From Saprolegnia diclina VS20 (Eukaryota), in contig NW_008246074.1 of the NCBI RefSeq assembly GCF_000281045.1, forward strand, positions 1,074,454 to 1,094,453: a stretch of 20,000 bases of DNA, written 5' to 3'. The notes under the pieces are model-generated. The model was not told the origin of the DNA, did no database searches, and was given only the letters and a program-made list of their open reading frames with translations. Position numbers and translations under genes: made by a program. This document shows positions 10,264 to 19,615 of this stretch, in pieces (position 1 is the first letter of the stretch; each line of letters begins with the position of its first letter).

Positions 10264-11061
10264 CTAGGGGCTAAGCCGCCCCGGGTTGGTGTGCTGGGCG
10301 CAGCATGTGCCATGTTTGACGGGCTTCTGGCATGCATCCACGAGGCACCGCTTCCCTACATAGTCGTGTGACACGAGCCAAGACGCGGGCGCGGTACCTC
10401 CGCCGTGGGCCCAGCAGTAGCCGCCCTTGAGCGCGCCCTTTCCACAGAGCGGGATGCCACACGTCTTGCTACCACCTACGCGAATGCGAGGCTCATGCTC
10501 GTGAACCGTATGCAGAATGAACCGTGTGCCCAACAGAGGCCCATGCTCTTGGCAAACTTGTTGCAGCCCGTCGCTTTGCACTGCTTGCGGCCGCCATGGA
10601 GGTGGCAGAGACCGTACATCTTGGCGCCGTTCTTGCAGCCAGGGATCTTGCAGCGGCAGCCGCCGCCGTGTGTGATGCAGCGCCCTTTGCTGACCTACGC
10701 AGCTCGTGATCTCGACCGAATCATCGATGTGGGAGTGGCGTACGGCTTTGTTGGGGCACGCTGGCACATTGCACGAGAGCCCGCGCTTGGGACAGACGGC
10801 GTCGGCGTCGAGCAAGTCGAGCGGTCGCTTGGAGAGCATACGTGGCAAACCGTCTTCTTGTTTGAATTCATTTTCTTGTCGCCTAATACTGAGTGACGAC
10901 GCGGCGCGCGGCAGCTCTTGCGGGTTGAGAAGGCCGCGGATCGACATGCTTTCCTGACGTGGCACGACGAGCGGCGACAACGAGATCCGCTCGATCGACT
11001 GGCCCATCGACGGCGGTGGCCGCTTCTGCTCCAAGCTGCTGTCGTCATCTGCGCACGTCAT
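10264..11061 (-). CDS. WRKY19-like zinc-finger repeat protein (5 repeats); exons 11061-10744, 10694-10523, 10475-10398, 10355-10264 (about 219 aa)
   Basis: Removing introns 10695-10743, 10476-10522 and 10356-10397 restores tandem C-x4-C-x9-C-x2-HGG repeats: CNVPACPNKAVSKGRCITHGGG, CKIPGCKNGAKMYGLCHLHGG, CKATGCNKFAKSMGLCWAHGG, CGIPLCGKGALKGGYCWAHGGG, plus a final variant. Confidence 0.88.
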   Translation of the reverse strand: MTCADDDSSLEQKRPPPSMGQSIERISLSPLVVPRQESMSIRGLLNPQELPRAASSLSIRRQENEFKQEDGLPRMLSKRPLDLLDADAVCPKRGLSCNVPACPNKAVRHSHIDDSVEITSCVGQQRALHHTRRRLPLQDPWLQERRQDVRSLPPPWRPQAVQSDGLQQVCQEHGPLLGTRFILHTVHEHEPRIRVGGSKTCGIPLCGKGALKGGYCWAHGGGTAPASWLVSHDYVGKRCLVDACQKPVKHGTCCAQHTNPGRLSP

Positions 11062-11487
11062 GCTACTGTCTCTGTCTCGGAGGATGTTCAAGACTGAAGA
11101 CGCCACTCGCAACCAAGCCAAGCTACTTGCTGCGATGAGGTCCCGACTTCAAACTCCCTGGCCCCATATTGGGCCCAATATGACACAAACGGGCGGTGTG
11201 TGGCCCTCTTTTTGACAACTTGACCGCCTCTGCGCCTTCAACGTCGGGCTGGTCCCATACAAACCGCAGGTCGGACACCGGTCGCTCTTCAACATACACC
11301 CTTTTTTGTCATCTTTCGTGCCAGCCCCCAAGGTTGCTCGGTACGGTGAACGCGGCGCCAAAGCAGGCGCGCCGCGTTCAACCTCGTGTACTGCTTCGTC
11401 TCTAACCGACTGGTGTATACTAGCACAAGCACAGACGCGCACGCAACCGTAGTAGGAAAATGTATTGACTGAGACCAAAGATACCGA

Positions 11488-12784
11488 CTAGAGATTTCCC
11501 AGATCCACCGTTTTCGCAAACTCTGCTTCGGTGAGCTCCAAGTCCTTGGCTGCCTAGACGCCAGTGAGATTACGAGAGAATTGCGGTCGGACTTCAAGGT
11601 GGATTCGCTGCCGCTTGAGAACCTCGATGAGCTTGGCTTGCTTCTTGTACGCGACGAGGAGCTCACTCTATATAAGATCGTATGCAAGTTGAAGAAGGCG
11701 ACGGAGATTTCAACTTTTTGCTTCTCGGCCCGCTTGGTATCGCGGAGGACTTTGTCATGGTCGACCTTGGGTACAGCAGGACCGCCTTTTGTGGCCCGCT
11801 CGTCCCGTAGCTCGCGCTTGACCTTCTCCACGTCTTGCAGTGCCCGTTCAAGGCGGATCTGCACCGACATACAGGCGCTCTGGCTACTCGCACACAACAT
11901 TTACGCACCTCGATGGCTTTGGCCGCCATCGCTGCTTTGGCTTCGCTGCGCTTGGCGTCGTCCAGCGCAAACGTCTTGGACGCGAGCTACTCATGAATAT
12001 GTATGGCGGTAAACGTTGACGCGCACGTACGTCGGCCTCGGCTTCGAGGTACTTGGCTTCATGGCTCATTCTACATGCAGCCCGTCGTGGATATACGTGT
12101 TTCAAGGTCGACGCATCGTTGTACTGGGTGTGCTTTTGCTTTTCGAGCACCGTAGTCGTCTGCACCGCTTTGCGCTGGAGATCCTTTTCGTCGGCTTGGA
12201 GCTTGTCGATGTTCTCTAGCATGGTGGCAACTGCGCTTTCCTACAGTGAGTGCTCACGACAAGGAAGAGGCGTGGACCCTACCGTGGTCCGGTTCAACGC
12301 GGCAAGCTTGTTGATAGCCTCCTGCAGATCGGCAATCGACGTGCTATGCTCGTCGCAAAACTCGGACATGGACTTGCTCGAAGCAGCGATCGGACGATTC
12401 AAGCTCGAGACCAAGCTTGGTGGGTGCTCGCCGAGCACGCGGCTGTGGCGCCGCGGACTCAAGCTCTGGATCGTCTCCTTCCAGTTGGCTTGACTCGACC
12501 GCCGCGAGTTGGACGAAAACGACAGCTCTTTTGCCAGCTCCTTTGGGTTCTCGGGCAGCGCCATCACATCGCCTTCGTCGTCGTCTTCGTTGTCCGCCTC
12601 GCTCACGGTGATGGCGCTCACACTGCGCACGGACGCCAAAGCGGCTTCGGCAGCCGACGCGGCTCTTCGCCCGCGCGCGGTGGCCGCTGCATTCGCCGCG
12701 TTCAGTGCCGCCTATCTCGTTCCAAGTGCCATGTACGAAGCACTTGCAGGGTACCGCTCGGTCCACGAGCGACCGCGACGACAT
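11488..12784 (-). CDS. TEX9: TEX9-like coiled-coil protein, copy A; exons 12784-12755, 12711-12283, 12240-12125, 12070-12031, 11986-11909, 11858-11715, 11667-11593, 11553-11488 (about 325 aa)
   Basis: Seven GT-AG introns of 39-54 nt. The spliced C-terminus EIRLERALQD…EKQKSELLVAYKKQAKLIEVLKRQRIHLEAAKDLELTEAEFAKTVDLG matches my recollection of the conserved TEX9 tail (KQKxELxxxFKKQxxLIDxLKRQKxHxEAAKxLxFTEEEF). Confidence 0.82.
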
Positions 12785-13170
12785 GCCGCTTCAAGATATC
12801 CCTGGTTTTCGAAAAATGACGTGGCACGCGGGCAACGCTTGGAATTCCGTCCTTTTCCGGTTACTCGCAGGGTTACTCCTCCGCACAAAGGCGACTTTGT
12901 ACTGTAGTTCAACGACTAGTCGATGACGATGCAGTAGTACTGGCAGCTGAAGAAGCAATACATGAAGTCAAATCTCCGCTGGCTTCGCCCAGATATCAGC
13001 ATCGCTGCCAAACAGTGTGTCATTTTCGCCTTGGACATTCGGAAGTATGGGCAAAACGACCGACGAGCTACTTCTAGGTTCAAATTGCGACCATAGACAG
13101 TGGCACATAAATAGTAAACTTGAATTATAAATACGAGGGCGAGCGTCGAGCGGTTCCGTTGCCGCGTTCG

Positions 13171-14298
13171 TCACTCGCCAAAGATGCGCTGCATGTGCGA
13201 CGCGACGTGCTTCTCAGTGCAGCGGCGGCGAAAGAGCATCGAGAGCGTCACGCTGAGCTTGCGCGTCGAGTCGATGGGCGTGTCGCGCAACAAGCCATTC
13301 TGAAGGTCGTCAATCTCCAAGAGACTCTCGACGCTGGGGGCCCCATACCGCGCGATTTCGGTCTCGACAAGCCACCGCATGTAGGCCGGGTTGGGGTAAA
13401 TGAGGCTGCGGCACCGATGGACATGGTTGTAAGCTGTGACGAGCGACACCTTGTGCGTGTGCATCACATAGAAGACGACGACGGCCGCCGACGCCGAGAT
13501 GCCGTGGACGCAGTGCAGAAGCACTTTGCCGCCTGATTGTGTCGCGTCGCGCACGAACGCGATCGTTGCATCCGGCGACGCCATGACGCTGCGCATCGGC
13601 AGCTGGTGGTACTTGATGTTCTTGAGCATCACTTTTTCGTCCAGCGGCTCCTTGGCGATCGAGACGACGTGCGAAATGCCCATCTTGCGGAGGACTTCGG
13701 GTTGCGTGGCTTGCCAGACATTGCCGAGGTAGATGGATCCCTGAACGATTTCGTGAGGAAACGTGAGCGCGTGTGTCTTTGTCGTGGCGGTCGGCGACGA
13801 CGACGGCGAGAAGAGGACCGTTGACCGCACGGGCGTCGGCGATTCGCTGCCATTGTCCTTGCGCGACGCCATCATGAAGGGGTAGAGGCGCTGGAAGCTC
13901 TGCATTCCGCCCTGTAGGAGCTTGACGGACGTCACGAGGCGCTCCTGAAGAAGCCAGTTGGCCAGCGTCATGGCCCACGACCGAGGCGTGTAGACGCCAA
14001 AGGCATCGTAGATAATGACGTCGGTGAGCTTGCGCTTAGCCCAGCGCTCGCGTCCAGTTTCGGTCGCCGGCGCGAGTGTCGAGATGTCGACGGCGGACCA
14101 GCCGTCGGACCCATCGTCTTCGAGGAAGAGGCCACGGCCAGCGTGCGGCGGCGGCGGCAGGCTCAGGAAGGACCACACATGCGCGTGCTCGTAGCACTGG
14201 GCGCTGCGGCTGTCGATGAGCGTGAGGCCGCCGAGCGTTTGCAGGCGGTTGAAGAGCCATTGGCTGCTCACGAGCCGCGCCGTCGGGGTCGCGGGCAT
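13171..14298 (-). CDS. MAP kinase phosphatase-like protein (rhodanese/CDC25-homology + dual-specificity phosphatase domain), probably catalytically impaired, about 375 aa
   Basis: Rhodanese-fold motifs LIDSRS…YEHAHV, VIIYD and VKLLQGGMQSFQRLYP, then DSP motifs FPHEIVQGSIYLG, LRKMGISHVV, KVLLHCVHGISAS and AYNHVHRCRSLIYPNPAYMRWL. The frame is open to ATG 14409, but ATG 14298 fits the CCAAT boxes better. Confidence 0.88.
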   Translation of the reverse strand: MPATPTARLVSSQWLFNRLQTLGGLTLIDSRSAQCYEHAHVWSFLSLPPPPHAGRGLFLEDDGSDGWSAVDISTLAPATETGRERWAKRKLTDVIIYDAFGVYTPRSWAMTLANWLLQERLVTSVKLLQGGMQSFQRLYPFMMASRKDNGSESPTPVRSTVLFSPSSSPTATTKTHALTFPHEIVQGSIYLGNVWQATQPEVLRKMGISHVVSIAKEPLDEKVMLKNIKYHQLPMRSVMASPDATIAFVRDATQSGGKVLLHCVHGISASAAVVVFYVMHTHKVSLVTAYNHVHRCRSLIYPNPAYMRWLVETEIARYGAPSVESLLEIDDLQNGLLRDTPIDSTRKLSVTLSMLFRRRCTEKHVASHMQRIFGE

Positions 14299-14417
14299 GA
14301 CGACGATCGCAAAATGCACATAGACGGCCGACCTGTCGTTGCTAGATCCGGTTCTCGTCAGCTGATTGCGCCGGAACCTGGCCGCACTCACGGTCCGGAT
14401 GGCCGACATCGCGCGCC

Positions 14418-14458
14418 GATTGGCTCCTCTCAGTCAATCGCGCGCGTATGATTGGCTC
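14418..14458 (-). promoter_or_regulatory. Two tandem CCAAT boxes
   Basis: An identical 9-mer GAGCCAATC (minus strand) occurs at 14418-14426 and 14450-14458, 32 nt apart. They lie 120-160 nt upstream of the phosphatase ATG. Confidence 0.55.
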
Positions 14459-15043
14459 ATACTGCTATCGGCCAGCCGCTGGTGATGGATATGGATGCGA
14501 CGCTCTCTTGGTTCAAGTATACACATACAGTATCCTAGACGAAGGGGTTGTTGACGCCGACGTCATTATGCTCCTCGACGCCAAGGTTTTCGGTGGCGAC
14601 GCGGTCGCAGCTGCGTTGTGCGTGGTAGATCGACAGATACCACGCCGCGGTTGAAGCTACACTATGTACTCGAGGAGCCTTGGCAGCACCAAGTGCAGTC
14701 ACCAACTTTACGCCGGTCGCTCACGCCGGCATGACTGCACCAGCTGACGGCAAGATTATTGGCCTCGTCCCAGCACCTGTTCGTCCGCGATGCAAGGCAC
14801 GTGCCGAGAGCGGAGGAACGAACGGTCCGCTAGCTTCATCATCAGCTGCCACATTCGAGACGGGCTGGGGGTTCGAAGTTGTTCGTTCAATTCAATGCAG
14901 GTATAGAGTACTAGCCAGTAAGTAGTACAGAGTGCGGTCGAAGCTTCCACCCGCTTCGAACTCGCTCGACAACGTGATGAAATTGCACAGCGCTTCGAAA
15001 ACTTCGCGTGTCGCGAAGTTCGAAGTATCTTTGGCGGCCAAGC

Positions 15044-16277
15044 ATGCAGCGCAGCGCCCCGACCCATGGGCCCATGCCGGTACGAAACTACGAACGGATG
15101 CGAGCGCTGATTTCTTATAGGCGGTCCCAGAGGTCCCGGTAGAGACGGCGACGCCGCCCACCAGCGCGCGCCGACGGGGCACGACCATTCTCAATGCGCT
15201 CTCTCTGGACGACGAGAGCAGCAAGGACGGGCGGGTGCTCTCGGGCGTGAGCGCGCGCCGCCTCTCTCGGTTTGACGGTGGCGGCCGCCGACAGAGCAAG
15301 GTCAACGAAGCGTTTTTAGAGGGCGGGCATAGCGTGTCTGGTCGCCGCTCGTCGCGCCTCGACATCAATGCGTCGTACGACAAGGGCAGCGACATTGACG
15401 TGGAGGCGCAGCGGCTCCAGAAGGCCGAGCTGCGCGTACTGCACGAAGAGTACGCGACGCTGCAAGAGAACCAGATTCGGCTTGTGAGCTCCATACGATG
15501 CAGTAGTTTGAGGACTTGTCGACAGGCGTACTCTCTAGGCGGTCAAGCGAGATGCGACGGCCGCGGACCTCGAGCGTACGCAAGCGAACTTCAACAGCAC
15601 GACCAAGCACTTGGCGCAACTCCACACGCTGCTGGATAAGAACAAAGCGCTTCAGTACGCTTCGTTATGGAAGGACGTGGAGGCATTATGCGTGTAGGTC
15701 GACGCAGGAAGCCAAGCACAGCATGCTCGAGACAGACGTAAGTGGTCCATACATTGCATCTATATATCCATACCCACGATGCGTCCATGCACCATGGTTC
15801 TAACGTCAATTGTCCCGTGCGTAGTTTGCGTCGGTGACCGTGCACGTGGATACAGCGCGCAAGAACGAGCGCCAGCATCTCCACGCGGCAAAGCTGAACG
15901 AAGTGCGCCTCCAGCGGACACTCGAAGAGCTCGACCATGCAAAGAAGGAGCTTGACCAAGAGCGCTCGAATCGCGGTGGCACCGCTGTGCCCCGGGCCGA
16001 GCACGACCGCGCGATCCAGGAACTCCAGCACTTTGAGAAGCAAAAGGTCAGTAGCATCATCTTCTTCTCCTGTTGATACCATGTGGTCCAGGCCGAGCTT
16101 TTGGTTGCATTCAAGCAGCAGATGCAACTCATCGACATTCTCAAGCGCCAAAAGATCCATCTCGAGGTGCATGACGACTCGCCCACGCAGTGTCATTGAT
16201 ATCGTGGTGCGTAGACGGCCAAGCTGCTCTCGTTTATTGAAGACGATTTCAGCCGAGCACTGCAGCACGAGGCATGA
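15044..16277 (+). CDS. TEX9: TEX9-like coiled-coil protein, copy B; exons 15044-15079, 15121-15483, 15539-15654, 15698-15737, 15825-16046, 16092-16166, 16215-16277 (about 304 aa)
   Basis: Six GT-AG introns. The C-terminus reads EVRLQRTLEE…EKQKAELLVAFKQQMQLIDILKRQKIHLETAKLLSFIEDDFSRAL. Internal exon sizes (116, 40, 222, 75 nt) match copy A. The first exon is the least certain. Confidence 0.82.
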
Positions 16278-16289
16278 GAGTGCCGCTTC

Positions 16290-16688
16290 TTAGATATAGT
16301 TGCGTGCCAGAACTTGAGCTTCGAGATATTCGGTGATAAAGCCAAAGCCCTTTGTATGCAGGGCCTCGAGCTCAATCTTGAGAGGGTGCTTTGTCCAGTG
16401 CTGCACCTCGGCGCGGTACGCAGCGTCCATCTGCGTGTCGTTATCGTGGATCTCGACAGAGTGGAATGATATGTACGCTACTACCTGCACAAAGGGATGC
16501 GCGGTTAGCGATTGCAGTCGGCGCGTGTCGTGCTTTGAAAACTTGGTGTGCACGACATCGGGCAGCTCCAGCAACGCTGTGTCCAACGGCCGCAAGCCGA
16601 CCCAGTGCATGTCCACGGCTACATCGGACGCTGCAGAAACGTGCAGCATACCAGTCAATGTACCGTACGCCACCGAGTCGAGGGGCAT
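16290..16688 (-). CDS. Hypothetical 132-aa protein
   Basis: ATG-initiated ORF with gene-like codon usage and globular-looking composition, convergent on TEX9 copy B. No family was recognised. Confidence 0.5.
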   Translation of the reverse strand: MPLDSVAYGTLTGMLHVSAASDVAVDMHWVGLRPLDTALLELPDVVHTKFSKHDTRRLQSLTAHPFVQVVAYISFHSVEIHDNDTQMDAAYRAEVQHWTKHPLKIELEALHTKGFGFITEYLEAQVLARNYI

Positions 16689-16970
16689 GCGCGCCGAGCC
16701 AAACTTGAACGAGAGCTAGCAACATTTGTTCACGTCCACAAACTCGTTTTCGTACCAAGATCGAGAGGCCAAAGGGGTTGCAGTCGCAGAGACCGAGGAC
16801 TGGGATGCGGAGCGTGTCACGAAGCTTCTTGACAAAGATCCTGCGCTCGCAATATGAAAAGACAAGCCATCGTCAATGCACATACCGTGTTGCGAGGTCC
16901 GGAAACCCTTTGCCTGTCACGAGTATGCACGGAACGCGGTTATAAAAAAGGTCTTCGCTGGTGAGGAGCC

Positions 16971-18276
16971 ATGACGCATATAGCAAAACGGTTGTTGAGA
17001 AGGGGTTCGAACCCGAGCCGGTTGAAGATGCCTAGTCGTGCACGGTTAACCACCCTCCCGAGACGTGTGGAAGTGGATACCTTCCTTCTCGACCACAATG
17101 ATGTATTGCGCATCGCTGGTCCTATTACATGGCATCTAGAGAGTTGTAGTACAAAAGGAATCGGGGTGCAACATGTCTTCGCTTTCGAGGCGCAGTAGCT
17201 CCCGTGAGATGGGCTGTCCAGAGGCGCCATTGAGGCTGCAGTCAATCCACTGCTTGTCTGCGCTCTAAATGCAGCAATTTGCAGCCGCATCTCGCTCGAG
17301 GAGGATGTACGCGATAGCAGAGACGGCCGGTGAAGTAGCCCTTGACGCCGCCGATGATGTTCAAGCATTCGCGGGGCACGCAGAGAAGACCGCTAACATC
17401 TACATCGACATGATGGATATAGCAAGCAAATCGTACAGAAGACGGTACCGAGGATGCATTCATCTGCTTCTTGCTGCGACGTGAAGAACGGGTGGAGGTA
17501 GTAGAGCTCGCGCTGGGTCACTGTCTTGTCCTCGAGCAGCAGCTGATGGGCGATCTGCAGCACGAGCCACATGCCCGTGTACTTGCGAGCGCTTGCAGAA
17601 GTCTACCACATCCTAAGGTCGCTGTTCATGGGCCTCGGGACATGCCATCTTGATCGCGCGCTTCTCGCCGCCATGGGAGAGCGTGAGGGCGTCACAGTCA
17701 AAGGTCATGGCGCTCGTCGCGCGCTTGAGCTACAGCAGGAAGCATGTGCATGCTGCCATTGAGGATCTCGAGAGGATACCGTGTGGAAGGTCGTAAAGGT
17801 ATCGTTCTACGCTCGCTCCATGTGAAGGTCAAGTTGCGAGGAAGCGTACCATGAGGTCTTCGAGGAACGCTTGGAAGACGTCTTGGATGCGACGGAGGAT
17901 CTACCATGATCATGCTGACCCTCATGGAGCTTCCTTCCTCGGACGTCTACCTCGGCCCGCGAGAGCCCCAGGCCATGGTGCCCGGTCATGCTTCTTCTTC
18001 GCGCAAAATGACGCCCCGGATACGGTAACCGGACGTGTAACTGTCGTGCGTGGGAAATCAGTGGAAAATTTGTGCGAAACCGGTGGAATTTCCCAGCTTC
18101 AACAAGACGCTGATACCTCCAAGCCAGAAGACACGGACACAGAGCACGACAGCTGCGCAGGCGAGGAGGCGGGTGCATCCTTCGACCCCCAGAGACTCGG
18201 ATACACCACAGAGAATATGAGACTCAGCGACTCAGATACTCCTGCGTTATCTGTCGGCTGCGGCGTAACTTGCTAA
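16971..18276 (+). pseudogene. Possible fragmented coding remnant
   Basis: A series of short plus-strand ORF pieces with helical protein-like text (MYAIAETAGEVALDAADDVQAFAGHAEK; ERVEVVELALGHCLVLEQQLMGDL; PVYLRALAEVYHILRSLF) lies in shifting frames. I could not join them with clean introns. Confidence 0.25.
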
Positions 18277-18745
18277 TGACGGTGCTCAAGCTACATGAGC
18301 GGCTCGGGACGAGCTGCTGCTTCAGTGTGGCGGTGTGGCCTACCTGTGCGGCCTCGTCGAGCGCCCAAAGCAGCCTGCACGGAATATCGTCGGAGAATGA
18401 TATGTGTCAAGCGCAACGTGTCTGTGGCGCATGAAGGTGGCCAATCGCATCTGGCGTGCTTCCGGGCGAGAAGCCACCTCCGTTGGAGCGCTCACTCAAG
18501 CTGCGTGGCGCGCTTCATTATTGCTGTCGATGCGACCCAAGAGTACATATATACTCAATATGAAGTTTATGTACTCTTGACGGGACCGTAGTGCTGGCGT
18601 TCCCGCATCAAGTGACAAAAGAGGCAACCCACCTCGCCGAGGTGCCCCTACTGTACTCGAACCTATGCAAGTTTGTATGTGCGTGGTAAGATGAAGAGTT
18701 GGACACGGCGGTCGCTCATAGTTGCTCGCACTCGCGATAAACCCG

Positions 18746-19615
18746 ATGACCCCGACGACGATGTGCGACCCTTGGAGCGTGAGCAAGATGCTGAGTCGCA
18801 CACCCGTTGACGTGATGCGTATCGAGTCACTGCCGTCCTACGAACTGCCAACGTGGCACGTTGATGGATTGCCGTTTGGTGACGTGGCGACGCGTCCTGG
18901 TGCCGTGACGAGCTGCTCGGTTTGCAGTTTGGCGACGGGCATCGACGGGTGGCGACCGGCGGTGTGCACCAACTGCGGCTGGTTTGCGGACCCCATCGAC
19001 TGGTACAACGTAGTACCACCGCAACTAAGCTTGCTGCCAGCTCGGGAAATGGCGCCCCCGACGCTGGAACTGCGACCGATGCAGCTGGGTGCAACACCGA
19101 CTCACCTCGTGCCGCCGGCAATCATTGGCAGCGGACGCTACTGCACCGTGACCGGTTGCGCGCGCGCGGTGCGGTCCAAGGGCCTCTGCAAGGGACATGG
19201 CGGCGGACGGCGCTGCAACACGCCCGGGTGTGGGCTCAGTGACCAAGGCGGCGGCCATTGCATCACCCATGGCGGCGGGCGACGCTGCTCGATCGAGTCG
19301 TGCGAGAAAGCTGCGCAGTCGCGCGGCCTCTGCAAGCGACACGGCGGCGGCGATCGGTGCCGCGAGAGTGGCTGCCACCGCAGCAGCCAAGGCAATGGGC
19401 TTTGCCGCGCGCATGGCGGCGGCGCGCGGTGCTTCGTACCCGGCTGCAACCGACAAGACCGTCGCGCAGGCTTGTGCGCAGAGCACGGCGCCGAGACCAA
19501 GTGCCGCGAAAGATACTGCAAGAAGAAGAGCCAAAGCAACGGCTACTGCCGAAAGCACGCTTGCGCCGCCAAGGAGCGCGAGTCAACGCGCATCGCAGGC
19601 GTCACGATGATGTAA
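18746..19615 (+). CDS. WRKY19-like zinc-finger repeat protein (6 repeats), intronless, about 289 aa
   Basis: Six tandem C-x4-C-x9-C-x2-H(GGG) repeats run from CTVTGCARAVRSKGLCKGHGGG to CRERYCKKKSQSNGYCRKH. There is an additional N-terminal CSVC…CTNC pair. Confidence 0.9.
   Translation: MTPTTMCDPWSVSKMLSRTPVDVMRIESLPSYELPTWHVDGLPFGDVATRPGAVTSCSVCSLATGIDGWRPAVCTNCGWFADPIDWYNVVPPQLSLLPAREMAPPTLELRPMQLGATPTHLVPPAIIGSGRYCTVTGCARAVRSKGLCKGHGGGRRCNTPGCGLSDQGGGHCITHGGGRRCSIESCEKAAQSRGLCKRHGGGDRCRESGCHRSSQGNGLCRAHGGGARCFVPGCNRQDRRAGLCAEHGAETKCRERYCKKKSQSNGYCRKHACAAKERESTRIAGVTMM

Noticed and set aside
12071..12096. Alternative 26-nt intron in TEX9 copy A
   Set aside because: The phase is wrong. The 54-nt intron 12071-12124 preserves the frame and matches the paralog's exon sizes.
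19140..19560. Roughly 72-nt periodicity resembling a repeat or CRISPR array
   Set aside because: It is explained by 24-aa zinc-finger coding repeats; there is no identical repeat-spacer structure.
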